Shown: one piece after another, positions 1-9,298 of the stretch
Numbering within the stretch: the stretch's first letter is position 1
Layout of the letters: every line of letters begins with the position of its first letter
Source of the DNA: Candidatus Thorarchaeota archaeon
GTDB lineage: Archaea; Asgardarchaeota; Thorarchaeia; Thorarchaeales; Thorarchaeaceae
Direction of reading: 5' to 3'
Assembly (NCBI GenBank): GCA_048882045.1
Contig: JBHLRZ010000001.1
Span: 1-64,000, forward strand
DNA length: 64,000 nt
Notes under the pieces: model-generated
Told to the model about the DNA's origin: nothing
Database searches by the model: none
Seen by the model: only the letters and a program-made list of their open reading frames with translations
Translations under genes and position numbers: made by a program

Positions 1-462
1 GCAAACTCGCACATGGAAACATATGGAATGAATATCGTGATGAGCCACTGCTGTAATGTGTTCGGTTATGACCCATTCTCAAACAGGATTATTCCGAACG
101 TTGTCAAGAAGTGCCTACAAGGTAAGTCGCCTCTGATTTTTACAAATGATGACTCTATCAGGGAATACGTCTATGTAGAGGACAAGGTGAACGCCATACA
201 GCAGCTTATGAATGATCACTCGAAAAAGGGCTCATTCAACATCTCAACCGGTTGGGTCTTTAATCAGAAAGAGATAGTCCTCAAGATTCTAGAATTCTTT
301 GAAGGGATTGAACCTGAATATGTAGAATCGAAGCTTCCAGCTCAAATCAAGAAGCAATCCCTCAAGTCTGTACGTTGGGATTGGAAGCCCTCTTGGAACT
401 TTGAGGACGCACTCGAAAAGACGATAGAGGGTTTCAAGAAATACAGAAACGACTGGAGCTAA
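1..462 (+). CDS. NAD-dependent epimerase/dehydratase, C-terminal part (5' truncated by window)
   Basis: Extended-SDR motifs CCNVFG, RIIPN, SIREYVYVED, FNISTG; frame open to the window edge. Confidence 0.8.
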   Translation, partial: ANSHMETYGMNIVMSHCCNVFGYDPFSNRIIPNVVKKCLQGKSPLIFTNDDSIREYVYVEDKVNAIQQLMNDHSKKGSFNISTGWVFNQKEIVLKILEFFEGIEPEYVESKLPAQIKKQSLKSVRWDWKPSWNFEDALEKTIEGFKKYRNDWS

Positions 463-467
463 TTGTG

Positions 468-1319
468 CTATTCACTGAGCGCAGTCTCTGCTTCTTCTAT
501 CCCTTTCAGGTCATTGACAGGTATCCACGTTTTTGCAGGAATATTGATTGCGGATAGTCTGTCCTCTCGTGCAATGACTGGACAGACAACATTCTCGAAT
601 GACGACTCGACATCCAATGAAACAAGTCTTCTGAAATAGCTAAAGACCTCTGGGTCAAAAATTGTTATCCCAGTGTGAGCAGGAATGGCAATTGGAGGAT
701 ACTTTGTAATATCACGGACCTTGCCATTCTGAATGATTAGTCCTGAATATTGAAACGGCGTTTCAGGGACAACAACGAAAGTACCGATGCATCCTTTCTT
801 GCAGCCCTTTAGGTGACCTTCCAGAAAGACATCGCAATATGGTCGGTCCATACGAACGATCATGTCATCTGGATTGTGAACAATCGCAGTCATTTTGTCA
901 TTGATAGTTCCGTTATTCAATCCGTTCAAGATTGCGCCAGCGTTTCCGACCTTTTTCCCACCAGGATCCTGTGAGTATTTGATTGTGACGTCCCATCTAG
1001 ACCCGTCACCCAAGTGTTCCTCGACCTTGTCAGCAAGAAATCCCGTGAGGACTACGAACTTGGTTATTCCACACCTAGAGTAGTCCTCTACCAATTTCTC
1101 TATCATGCTTCTCTTGCCATCAATCTTGATCATGACCTTGTTGATCCCCTCACTATGGGTTTCAGCTCTGATTCGTGTTCCTTTACCTCCAGCAGGCATC
1201 ACAACGACCGTTTCTGCCTTGAGTTTTTCAATCTCCTCTTGAGAGATCCTAGTGGTAGTGTCTTCGGTGTTAATCCTCTCACGGAGTTCAGCCATGATTG
1301 ATTCTAGAGTATCGGTCAT
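468..1319 (-). CDS. Sugar-phosphate nucleotidyltransferase (NTP_transferase family)
   Basis: VMPAGGKGTR..K signature; HLGDGSRWDVTIKYS; GNAGAI. Confidence 0.85.
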   Translation of the reverse strand: MTDTLESIMAELRERINTEDTTTRISQEEIEKLKAETVVVMPAGGKGTRIRAETHSEGINKVMIKIDGKRSMIEKLVEDYSRCGITKFVVLTGFLADKVEEHLGDGSRWDVTIKYSQDPGGKKVGNAGAILNGLNNGTINDKMTAIVHNPDDMIVRMDRPYCDVFLEGHLKGCKKGCIGTFVVVPETPFQYSGLIIQNGKVRDITKYPPIAIPAHTGITIFDPEVFSYFRRLVSLDVESSFENVVCPVIAREDRLSAINIPAKTWIPVNDLKGIEEAETALSE

Positions 1320-1436
1320 TAGTGCTCAACTGAATCCTAATCATCGTGCTTCAAAAGTCTTGTCAGGTCACTCCTCCAGTTCCATCCGAGCCATCTCTTC
1401 GAACAAAGCAAGTGTCTTCTTGTGATGTGAACTCGT

Positions 1437-2540
1437 TCAACTCACATGGTGATAGTAGACACCTAGCTCGTCAGCCTTGGCGAATGCGACGTCCATCTCC
1501 TGACGTGAAACTGGTCGTGCAATGTCAGAGAACCTGTCCTTCTCCCGAGGGACCCTGTTGGCAGGTCTGTACTGACCCATGATGTTCACCATGCAGTTAG
1601 GCATATTCTCAGAGATCCACTCCAGAATGGGGATTGTACAGCACTCTACATGATGTGGCATCACGAGATGACGAACGATGACCTCACCAAAGTTGTATGC
1701 CATCAGGTGGTTTCTGGAAACTACATCGAAGTAGTTCTCCACACCAGACAGTCGTTTGGCACATGCATTGTTTCCATACTTGAAGTCCGGAAGCCAGACA
1801 TCGAAGACATCCACGAGAAGTTTCATTGTTTCTTCTGAGCAGTATAGATTGGAGTTCCAGAGTTGCGTCATGTTCGAGGTCTGATGAACAAATGATGCTA
1901 TGATGGTATGAGTGTTGGGAATCGGGTCGCCCCCGACATAGTTGATGTTCAGTGCACCCTGCCTGAAGAGCGACTCGGCGATGGATGCCAACCCTTCGGG
2001 GCCCACTGGTTGTCCGGAGTTTGGATTAGTGGAGATGTCTTCGTTCTGGCAGAAGACACAACCAAAGCAGCAAGAGGAGAAGAATATTGTCCCACTAGGA
2101 ACCAGAGGAGCTTCCTCACCTGTGTGAAGGAACGCAGACGATACCCTTGAGGTGGATCCTAGTTTACACCAACCTTTCTCATCACGTGTCCTGTCAGCTC
2201 CACACCTCCTCTCGCAGAAGTGACAGTCTGCAAGAATCCTGTGAGCGAGCTCGATCTTGAGGTTGAGGAAGTTGCGTTTATGAGATGGGAGGGGTTTAGG
2301 AACCTCTCTACTGACATCGGTACTCTTTACAAACTCCGTGAAACTGTCTGAGATCTCTTGGTGCGCCTTCCAGAGCTCATCAGAGGAGGAGTCAAGATCA
2401 ACATCACAAGCCTGCGACTTGGCAAGCAGATACCTAGCACTCCTCTTCTGGTCAATGATGTCCCTGTATCTTGAAAGCCTTTGGACTACATTTGGTTCAC
2501 TCCATGCTCTTTTAGCATCGGGTCGAATCAGTCTCCACAT
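1437..2540 (-). CDS. Radical SAM protein, PflX-like
   Basis: CHFCERRCGADR, GEEAPLVPSGTIFF, CCFGCVFCQN (CxxxCxxC), LPDFKYGN, VRHLVMP. Confidence 0.85.
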   Translation of the reverse strand: MWRLIRPDAKRAWSEPNVVQRLSRYRDIIDQKRSARYLLAKSQACDVDLDSSSDELWKAHQEISDSFTEFVKSTDVSREVPKPLPSHKRNFLNLKIELAHRILADCHFCERRCGADRTRDEKGWCKLGSTSRVSSAFLHTGEEAPLVPSGTIFFSSCCFGCVFCQNEDISTNPNSGQPVGPEGLASIAESLFRQGALNINYVGGDPIPNTHTIIASFVHQTSNMTQLWNSNLYCSEETMKLLVDVFDVWLPDFKYGNNACAKRLSGVENYFDVVSRNHLMAYNFGEVIVRHLVMPHHVECCTIPILEWISENMPNCMVNIMGQYRPANRVPREKDRFSDIARPVSRQEMDVAFAKADELGVYYHHVS

Positions 2541-2584
2541 GACACCACATCAAATGTAGACTCTCGATAAAAGGTCTGTGAACT

Positions 2585-3562
2585 TCAGATGATGAAAGAG
2601 GGAGAGTCAGAGGATGATGTTTCCACAAGATAGGCCAAGGTAGCGACGAGTATGGAGACTCTCTCCATTATCCACAAATCAGTAGTGTCTTGTTGTGTCC
2701 CGAGAACTTTGCGCGAGGCCAATAGACCAGGGTTTGAATAAGGGAGGCTAGCAAAGACCACATTGGCTGGTAGACTGTCAAAATACCAATCCTTGAACTC
2801 TTGTGCTGTTTCTTGATTCCTCTCAGGATGGTTGAAGTCGTCTAGTCGCATCCAGTTCAGTGCAAAGACAGCGTCCATGTCCTTGAATGATCCTTCAAAC
2901 TCGTCCATTTCTTCATACAGAACATTACAGCATTGTGAGGTGTCCTCCGCAACTCTCCTCACGCGGTTGAGAAAAGAAAACCGGGATGGTGCAACGAGAC
3001 GGACATGTGCTCCAAAGGCAAGGGCACTAATCAGCATGCTGTTGGCTGGTGCAGGACTCGTAAACGAATCACCGAAACCCCAGGTGATTGCAATCCGTTT
3101 TCCAGCCAATCCCCCCAGATGAGCATCCATACCAAGGAGAATCGCAAGTGCAGACTGCCACGCGTACACGTCATCATGTAGACTGGCGAGGGGCACAGTG
3201 GACGTCTGTGCAAACTGCTTGGTGAGCATCCGGCCCTCACCAAAGGTTTCAGTACTAGAGAACGCAGTCAACAATATGTCTGATGCTTTTGATGCCATCC
3301 TTACTGTATCCAGTAGCTCCTCTGTGGACTTCGAATCTGCATCTGTCCAACCTAGGTCGACGACTGTCTTTCTAAGACGTCCTGCGGCCATCGAGGAGAT
3401 CTGGGGTTCATAATGTGCCTCTCTGTGCAGCAGTCTACCGATGATTCTAACAGGACCTAAGACATCCTGCAGTGAATCGAATCCATTCTCGTTTACAGAT
3501 TTAGCAATCTGAAAGATTCTGTGGAGTGTCGGTTTACTGGGGAGGTCGTCGCTGTTCGTCAT
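2585..3562 (-). CDS. Divergent carbamoyltransferase-fold protein (YgeW/knotted type-like), catalytic motifs degenerate
   Basis: GLAGKRIAITWGF..S, FGAHVRLVAP, FKDMDAVFALNW resemble the ATCase/OTCase C-domain; no STRT/HPxQ/HCLP. Start uncertain (ORF extends to 3679). Confidence 0.6.
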   Translation of the reverse strand: MTNSDDLPSKPTLHRIFQIAKSVNENGFDSLQDVLGPVRIIGRLLHREAHYEPQISSMAAGRLRKTVVDLGWTDADSKSTEELLDTVRMASKASDILLTAFSSTETFGEGRMLTKQFAQTSTVPLASLHDDVYAWQSALAILLGMDAHLGGLAGKRIAITWGFGDSFTSPAPANSMLISALAFGAHVRLVAPSRFSFLNRVRRVAEDTSQCCNVLYEEMDEFEGSFKDMDAVFALNWMRLDDFNHPERNQETAQEFKDWYFDSLPANVVFASLPYSNPGLLASRKVLGTQQDTTDLWIMERVSILVATLAYLVETSSSDSPSFII

Positions 3563-3678
3563 TTCCAACGCGCATCCATCGCATTGGTTGATAATAGTTT
3601 CCAAATAGTGGTACAACTGACTACTCAAGGGAAGGCTTATGTTTGGATTGGCTTGCACCCCAGTCAGAGGCATCATCA

Positions 3679-4977
3679 ATGAGCCGCTATGAAGATCTTC
3701 TCAACAAGATAGAACGCAAAGATGTCAGGGTAGCAGTAATTGGACTTGGTTACATTGGACTACCGACTGCCATCTTCTATGTGATGCGAGGAATTGATGT
3801 CTTGGGTATTGACACCAATTCAGAGCTTGTCGACCTCCTGAAGAAAGGAAAGGTCCCAATCCATGAGGAAGGTCTGGGGGAATTAGCATCAGAGTATCTT
3901 TCAAAGATAGATCTGCAGACAACCTATGATGATGTAGAAAATGCTGATGTTTGTGTTCTGTGTCTTCCGACACCTATTGAAAAGAGTGGCAAACCAGTCA
4001 CAAAATTCCTTGAGAATGCTGTTGTGGATATCGCGAAACGGATGAAGCAAGGATGCCTGATTTTGAATGAGAGTACAGTCCCAGTCGGAACGACTCAATC
4101 ACTCTTCAAACTCTTCATCAAGGAAAGTAATTTGGATGACAAAGAAATCTGGTTTGCTCACTGTCCTGAAAGGGTGCTCCCCGGGAAGGTCGTTGAGGAA
4201 ATGGACACAAACCATCGTCTCGCAGGGGGTACGAGTGAGAATGCTACAACTCTTGCAGTAGCATTTCTTAAGTCAGTCTTCAAGCCTGAGCTCATTCATC
4301 CGACATCCTCTGGTGTGTCTGAAGCTGCGAAACTGGCTGAGAATGCCTTTCGTGATGTGAACATAAGCTATGCAAATGAGTTGGCCAAGCTATGTACACA
4401 CATGTCAATAGATGTTTCAGAAGTCATCAAGCTGGCGAACCTCCATCCGCGAGTTTCAATCCTGAATCCGGGTCTGGGAGTCGGAGGCTACTGTCTTCCC
4501 AAGGATGGTTGGATCCTGGTAGAGTCAGCGAAAGCAAAGGGTGGACAAGCGGAACTGATTCCAGCAGCACGTCATGTCAACGACAGCATGCCTACACATG
4601 TCGCTGTGAGAATCAAGGATGAAGTCATGACGAGAAAAGAAACAACAAAAGTTGGACTTCTGGGTCTGGCCTTTAAGGAGAATGTATCAGACACACGGAA
4701 CAGTCCGACTGTGGAGTTGTTGAAGTCCCTTACATCTGCTGACATCGATGTCATTGTCTACGACCCACTTGTAGCTGATTCTTTCGGGGCAAGGAGAGCC
4801 AAGGACATGGATGATTTTCTGAAATCTTCAGACATAGTTGTGATGTGTGTGGGACATGATCAGATACGGGATGAACTAAAGTCAAAGGACCTAACGGACA
4901 AGGTCTTCTTTGACCCAAGGCATCTGCTACCCGAGTTGAAGCCGGGTGTGAAGAAGTACATCGGGTTGAGTGTCTGA
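3679..4977 (+). CDS. wecC: UDP-N-acetyl-D-mannosamine dehydrogenase (nucleotide-sugar dehydrogenase)
   Basis: IGLGYIGLPTA, ESTVPVGTT, HCPERVLPG, ENAFRDVNI, GVGGYCLPKD, GLAFKENVSDTRNSP. Confidence 0.88.
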   Translation: MSRYEDLLNKIERKDVRVAVIGLGYIGLPTAIFYVMRGIDVLGIDTNSELVDLLKKGKVPIHEEGLGELASEYLSKIDLQTTYDDVENADVCVLCLPTPIEKSGKPVTKFLENAVVDIAKRMKQGCLILNESTVPVGTTQSLFKLFIKESNLDDKEIWFAHCPERVLPGKVVEEMDTNHRLAGGTSENATTLAVAFLKSVFKPELIHPTSSGVSEAAKLAENAFRDVNISYANELAKLCTHMSIDVSEVIKLANLHPRVSILNPGLGVGGYCLPKDGWILVESAKAKGGQAELIPAARHVNDSMPTHVAVRIKDEVMTRKETTKVGLLGLAFKENVSDTRNSPTVELLKSLTSADIDVIVYDPLVADSFGARRAKDMDDFLKSSDIVVMCVGHDQIRDELKSKDLTDKVFFDPRHLLPELKPGVKKYIGLSV

Positions 4978-5054
4978 TAGATTCTGGGCAAACCTAATCA
5001 GGCTTGAAGAATTCACACAACATAGTTCCTACGTGGTTAAGTGAGTGAATCAAC

Positions 5055-5822
5055 ATGAAGAAATTGCAAGTTACGCTGACACCATCTGAAGGCAAACGAC
5101 TGATAGCAAGAGGTTTACTTGCTACTGAGGCAGTCCAAAATGCACTGAAGAACGGATACCTCTGCATAACAATGGGAACGACATCTTCGTATCTCGCTGA
5201 GGAGATTCTTGGAGAGTACGACAAGACACGCCACATTGCTGGGATAACTGTCCCGAAGGGGCTCGCTGTGACTGAGAAAAAAAGCAGAGCCTTTGATGCA
5301 ATTTTCCACAAAGGCGAATACATAGACAGCAAAAAGGTGATTGATGTGATCGACAAGATGGGATCTAATGATGTCATCATAAAGTCAGCAAATGCACTGG
5401 ATGAGAACTATATCCCCGTAATCCTTCTAGCGGACGACACAGGAGGAACCATCGGTACGTTTGTTGGTGCTGCTGCTACGAAGAATATCAAGGTCATCGT
5501 TCCGGTAGGGCTCGAGAAGTCAATCCCTGTGGCATATGAGGAGTTTTGTGGTCAGTTTGGAAGGGATGACTGGGACTACGCAATAGGAACTCCTGTTGGT
5601 GCAATTGCTCTGACACAGGGAATTGCATTCACTGAGATAGAAGCTATAGAGGCACTATTTGATGCTACAGCAATCCCAATCGCAGCCGGTGGAGTTAATG
5701 GAGCAGAGGGCTCAGTGACACTCTTCATCGAAGGTGGTGACGAGGAGATAGCCAGGGCACACGAGTTCTTTGTTGACCTCAAGGGCGAACCTCCGTTCCC
5801 CAAAGTTGATAGAGTGAAGTAG
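5055..5822 (+). CDS. Conserved hypothetical protein
   Basis: 255-aa ORF co-oriented with ABC genes; LTPSEGKRLIA, GTT, KSANALD, PVGLEK, AAGGVNGAEGS look like an uncharacterised anaerobe family. Confidence 0.7.
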   Translation: MKKLQVTLTPSEGKRLIARGLLATEAVQNALKNGYLCITMGTTSSYLAEEILGEYDKTRHIAGITVPKGLAVTEKKSRAFDAIFHKGEYIDSKKVIDVIDKMGSNDVIIKSANALDENYIPVILLADDTGGTIGTFVGAAATKNIKVIVPVGLEKSIPVAYEEFCGQFGRDDWDYAIGTPVGAIALTQGIAFTEIEAIEALFDATAIPIAAGGVNGAEGSVTLFIEGGDEEIARAHEFFVDLKGEPPFPKVDRVK

Positions 5823-5838
5823 TCTTGGAGAAGTCAAG

Positions 5839-6606
5839 ATGCAGGGCGACGTTGTCATCAGGACCGAGGGTCTGACAAAGATCTTCGAGAAGGGAAAAAA
5901 GCACGAAGTGACAGCACTAGACAATGTCAGCCTTGACATTCGTCGAGGCGAGGTGTTTGGACTCCTAGGACCCAACGGGGCAGGGAAGACAACACTGATT
6001 CGAATTCTCGTTGGCCTGCTCAGCCCAACGAAAGGGAAAGCCTCCGTCCTTGATCTGGATGTTGTGGCTGAAATTGACCAGATCAGGAATAGGGTCGCAC
6101 TCCTTCCCCAAGAAGCAGGAATCTATGAACGTCTCACAGCAAGAGAGAACCTTGTATACTATGGCGGCATGTATGGGATTCCTGAGGACGTCCTCAATGA
6201 CAGAGCGGACGACCTATTGGACATTGTCGGGCTGAGAGAGAAGGAGCACTATCAGGTCAAGGGGTTCAGTGGCGGGATGAAGCGCAAGGTGCTTGTAGCC
6301 CGTGCACTCATCATCGAGCCAGAGATCATATTCATGGATGAACCAACAACTGGTGTGGACACAATAGGAGCTAGGGTTGTAAGAAATCTACTGAAAAAAC
6401 TGAGTGCTGAGAGAGACCAGACCATCATTCTTACGACACATGACCTCAATGAAGTGTCTGAGCTCTGCGACAGGGTTGGAATTCTTTACAACGGGGAACT
6501 CGTTGCTATTGGAAAGCCCTCAGAGCTGGAGCAGAAATATAGGGCAGCCAATCTCGAAGAAGTGTTCACAGGACTTGTCACTGGTGAGGGGGTGTACAGT
6601 GAATGA
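5839..6606 (+). CDS. ABC transporter ATP-binding protein (ABC-2/NatA-like)
   Basis: Walker A GPNGAGKTT, signature FSGGMKRK, Walker B IFMDEPT, H-loop TTH. Confidence 0.93.
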   Translation: MQGDVVIRTEGLTKIFEKGKKHEVTALDNVSLDIRRGEVFGLLGPNGAGKTTLIRILVGLLSPTKGKASVLDLDVVAEIDQIRNRVALLPQEAGIYERLTARENLVYYGGMYGIPEDVLNDRADDLLDIVGLREKEHYQVKGFSGGMKRKVLVARALIIEPEIIFMDEPTTGVDTIGARVVRNLLKKLSAERDQTIILTTHDLNEVSELCDRVGILYNGELVAIGKPSELEQKYRAANLEEVFTGLVTGEGVYSE

Positions 6607-7841
6607 AGAGCAGGAAAAAGACCTCCAACAATGGAAAAAAGACAGTCTGGCTTTTGAAGAAAGAGGTCAAATCAGTCCTACGCTCAAGATGGCTCCTCTT
6701 CGGATTCATGATCAGTCCCCTGTTCGCCTGGCTTTTCCAGGGAGTGTTCCTCAACTTTCTCTTTGCCACAGCAGTGGAACCAGAGTTTGTTTACATTACA
6801 AACGAGGATGGCCTTAGTGGCAACAGTACGTGGGGAGACTATCTGTACAATAGTATCCACGCTCGGTTTGAGTATGAGAAGGGAATTGCTGACGAACAGA
6901 AGTGGCTGAACTATAGGAACCTCACGACCGTCAGTTCAAGTGATGGGATGGCGTTATGGGACAATAGAACAGCGGCTGTCTGGATACTGATACCTGCAAA
7001 CTTCACAGAAGTCTTCGAGAACTTCAATGTTACAACGCTAACCATCTATGTCAATTCAGGAAGCTTCAGAGCTTCAGCAGCGTTCGAAAGAACCAAGAGC
7101 TTTACACAGTACTTGATGAGAGCTACTGACCTCTTGGTACAGCAGATCAGTCCCCCTTCAACTGAAGCGAGCTACGGGCATCAACTTGCCATCTTTCTTG
7201 TCATGATAACTTCTGTCATGGCACCAAGTCCCTACATCAGCAAGTCGTTTGCAGGAGAGAGAGAGCAACACACTCTAGAGGCATTGCTCGTGGTCCCAAT
7301 AAGTAGACTGAGGATTCTAGGTGCGAAACTTGCAGCAGGACTGCTCCTGACAATGATATATTCATCTTTTACAGTTGTGGGGATATTACTATACAATGCT
7401 TTGGTTGCAGTCAGAGGTGCTGGAAGTCTAAATGCTGAGAGTCAGATTGGGTTCTACAGTGTTGCACCTGCTAACATTCCCCTGATCTTCTTCTGCCAGT
7501 TCTTGATACTTCTCTGCGCAATCGGGATTGGTGTAGTCATCTCAACCATGGCAAAAGACCAAGCGACTGCAGAGTCAATCAATAACTTGGTACTCCTTGT
7601 TCCAACAATGGTCATTGGAATACTTGGCTTTGCAGGCAGTATCAGTCAGGTTGGTGGGTTGTTTGGTCTGTTTGTGTACTTGATACCGTTCAGTCATGCG
7701 ATAATGTTTCTCAATGGAGTGTTGTCACCAGCTCCGAACGCTTTTCTATTGACCATTAACGTGGTTTACATGCTAGCTTTCACGATGGTCTTCCTGATTA
7801 TCGGAGCTAAGGCGTTCGAGAGAGAGGCCATCATTGCCTAG
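6603..7841 (+). CDS. ABC-2 type permease (NatB-like)
   Basis: Overlaps ATPase stop (ATGA); N-terminal TM, extracellular loop with N-x-S/T sites, GEREQHTLEALLVVP motif, several TMs. Confidence 0.88.
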   Translation: MKSRKKTSNNGKKTVWLLKKEVKSVLRSRWLLFGFMISPLFAWLFQGVFLNFLFATAVEPEFVYITNEDGLSGNSTWGDYLYNSIHARFEYEKGIADEQKWLNYRNLTTVSSSDGMALWDNRTAAVWILIPANFTEVFENFNVTTLTIYVNSGSFRASAAFERTKSFTQYLMRATDLLVQQISPPSTEASYGHQLAIFLVMITSVMAPSPYISKSFAGEREQHTLEALLVVPISRLRILGAKLAAGLLLTMIYSSFTVVGILLYNALVAVRGAGSLNAESQIGFYSVAPANIPLIFFCQFLILLCAIGIGVVISTMAKDQATAESINNLVLLVPTMVIGILGFAGSISQVGGLFGLFVYLIPFSHAIMFLNGVLSPAPNAFLLTINVVYMLAFTMVFLIIGAKAFEREAIIA

Positions 7842-9238
7842 GATATTGGCCACTTCGGACTGATGTCAATTCCAGCCCTGTCCAAGAGAATCTCAGCATG
7901 TTCCACAGCTCGATCCTTGACTGTTTCCTCATCCAAGGTGAGCAGTTTCTTCCCACGCATCAGGACCTTCCCGTTGACAATGACTGTGTCCACAGCGTCA
8001 CCTGATCCCGAATAGACCAAGTTTGAAACCGGATTGGATGCTGGAGTCACGCTGAGGCCTCGGAGTCCGATTAGAATGATGTCAGCAAGCATCCCAGGCT
8101 CTATTGAACCGACCCGATCAGCGATTCCCATTGCTACAGCACCACCCAGTGTAGCCATTTCGATGGCTTGCTCTGCTGTCACAACGAGTGGATCACCAAC
8201 ATACGATTTATGGATGAGTGCAGCCAATCTCATCTCTCGGACCATGTCATAGGTGTTGTTACTGGGACCCCCGTCGCAGCCAAGCGATACTGGAACTCCG
8301 GTTTCAAGCATCTGAGGAACCTTAGCGAAACCAGATGCAAGCTTCATGTTACTCGAAGGACAGTGAGAAATGTTGGACTTACTCTCAGCAAGAACTTTCA
8401 GCTCCTCATCCTCGAAATGGATGCCATGAGCAAAAACCATGTCTGGACCTAGGAGGTCGTGGTCTTTAGCGAAGGTGGTCAGATTGGTCCCGAAATTATC
8501 CTTGACATAACGTACATCATCAACGACCTCTCCGAGGTGCATTGTCATCCTTGTCTTCTTCTCTCGCGTCCTACGTGCTACTTCCTTGAACAGGTCTGAG
8601 GTCACAGCACCAAGAGAACGCAAACCATACCAGACCTCGACTCGGCCATCAGCCTTGCCATGCCACTTCCTATACATCTCATCAGTCTCGGCTAGACAGG
8701 CTTCAGCGTCTTCCACCATTCCAGGGTACATGATGTCAGGACTGTCTGCATATCCAGTAGAGTCCATGATGATCTTGGAAAGTGCAGCTCGCATTCCCGC
8801 CTTTTCGGCAGCCAGGGCAATCCCATCAAAGCCATACCGAGTGTGAATCATGCACTCAACAAATGATGTGGTTCCTGTGCGAATCATCTCAGCCATACAG
8901 AGTTCAGCAGAAACTCTGCCATCATCCTTGGTGAAGTTGCCTTGAAGAACCCAGACGTACTTCTTGAGCCAGTCCACCAGGGAAACATCATCAGCACAAC
9001 CTCGGATTAGTGCTTGGGCGAGATGAGTGTGGGTGTCAATCAATCCAGGCATCACAATCATGTTCTTTGCATCGATGACCAGTTCGGGCTTGTGGTTCTT
9101 TAGTACCTCAGCTTTACCAACCTCTACAATCTTTTCATTCTCGATGTATACAGACCCATTTGTGAGGATGTCACGCGTAGGGTTCATTGTAAGGACGTAT
9201 CCATTCTTTATGAGAATCGATTTTGCAGACAACAGCAC
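7838..9238 (-). CDS. Metal-dependent amidohydrolase, MtaD/SsnA/TrzA deaminase family
   Basis: PGLIDTHTH, MHLGE, AHGIH, HCPSSNMKLASG, LGCDG; start approximate (GGAGG upstream). Confidence 0.88.
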   Translation of the reverse strand: MLLSAKSILIKNGYVLTMNPTRDILTNGSVYIENEKIVEVGKAEVLKNHKPELVIDAKNMIVMPGLIDTHTHLAQALIRGCADDVSLVDWLKKYVWVLQGNFTKDDGRVSAELCMAEMIRTGTTSFVECMIHTRYGFDGIALAAEKAGMRAALSKIIMDSTGYADSPDIMYPGMVEDAEACLAETDEMYRKWHGKADGRVEVWYGLRSLGAVTSDLFKEVARRTREKKTRMTMHLGEVVDDVRYVKDNFGTNLTTFAKDHDLLGPDMVFAHGIHFEDEELKVLAESKSNISHCPSSNMKLASGFAKVPQMLETGVPVSLGCDGGPSNNTYDMVREMRLAALIHKSYVGDPLVVTAEQAIEMATLGGAVAMGIADRVGSIEPGMLADIILIGLRGLSVTPASNPVSNLVYSGSGDAVDTVIVNGKVLMRGKKLLTLDEETVKDRAVEHAEILLDRAGIDISPKWPIS

Positions 9239-9298
9239 ACTCCTCCGATGTAGGGGAGCATCATCAGTTTCGTGACATAACACTTACGGTGAACCCGT

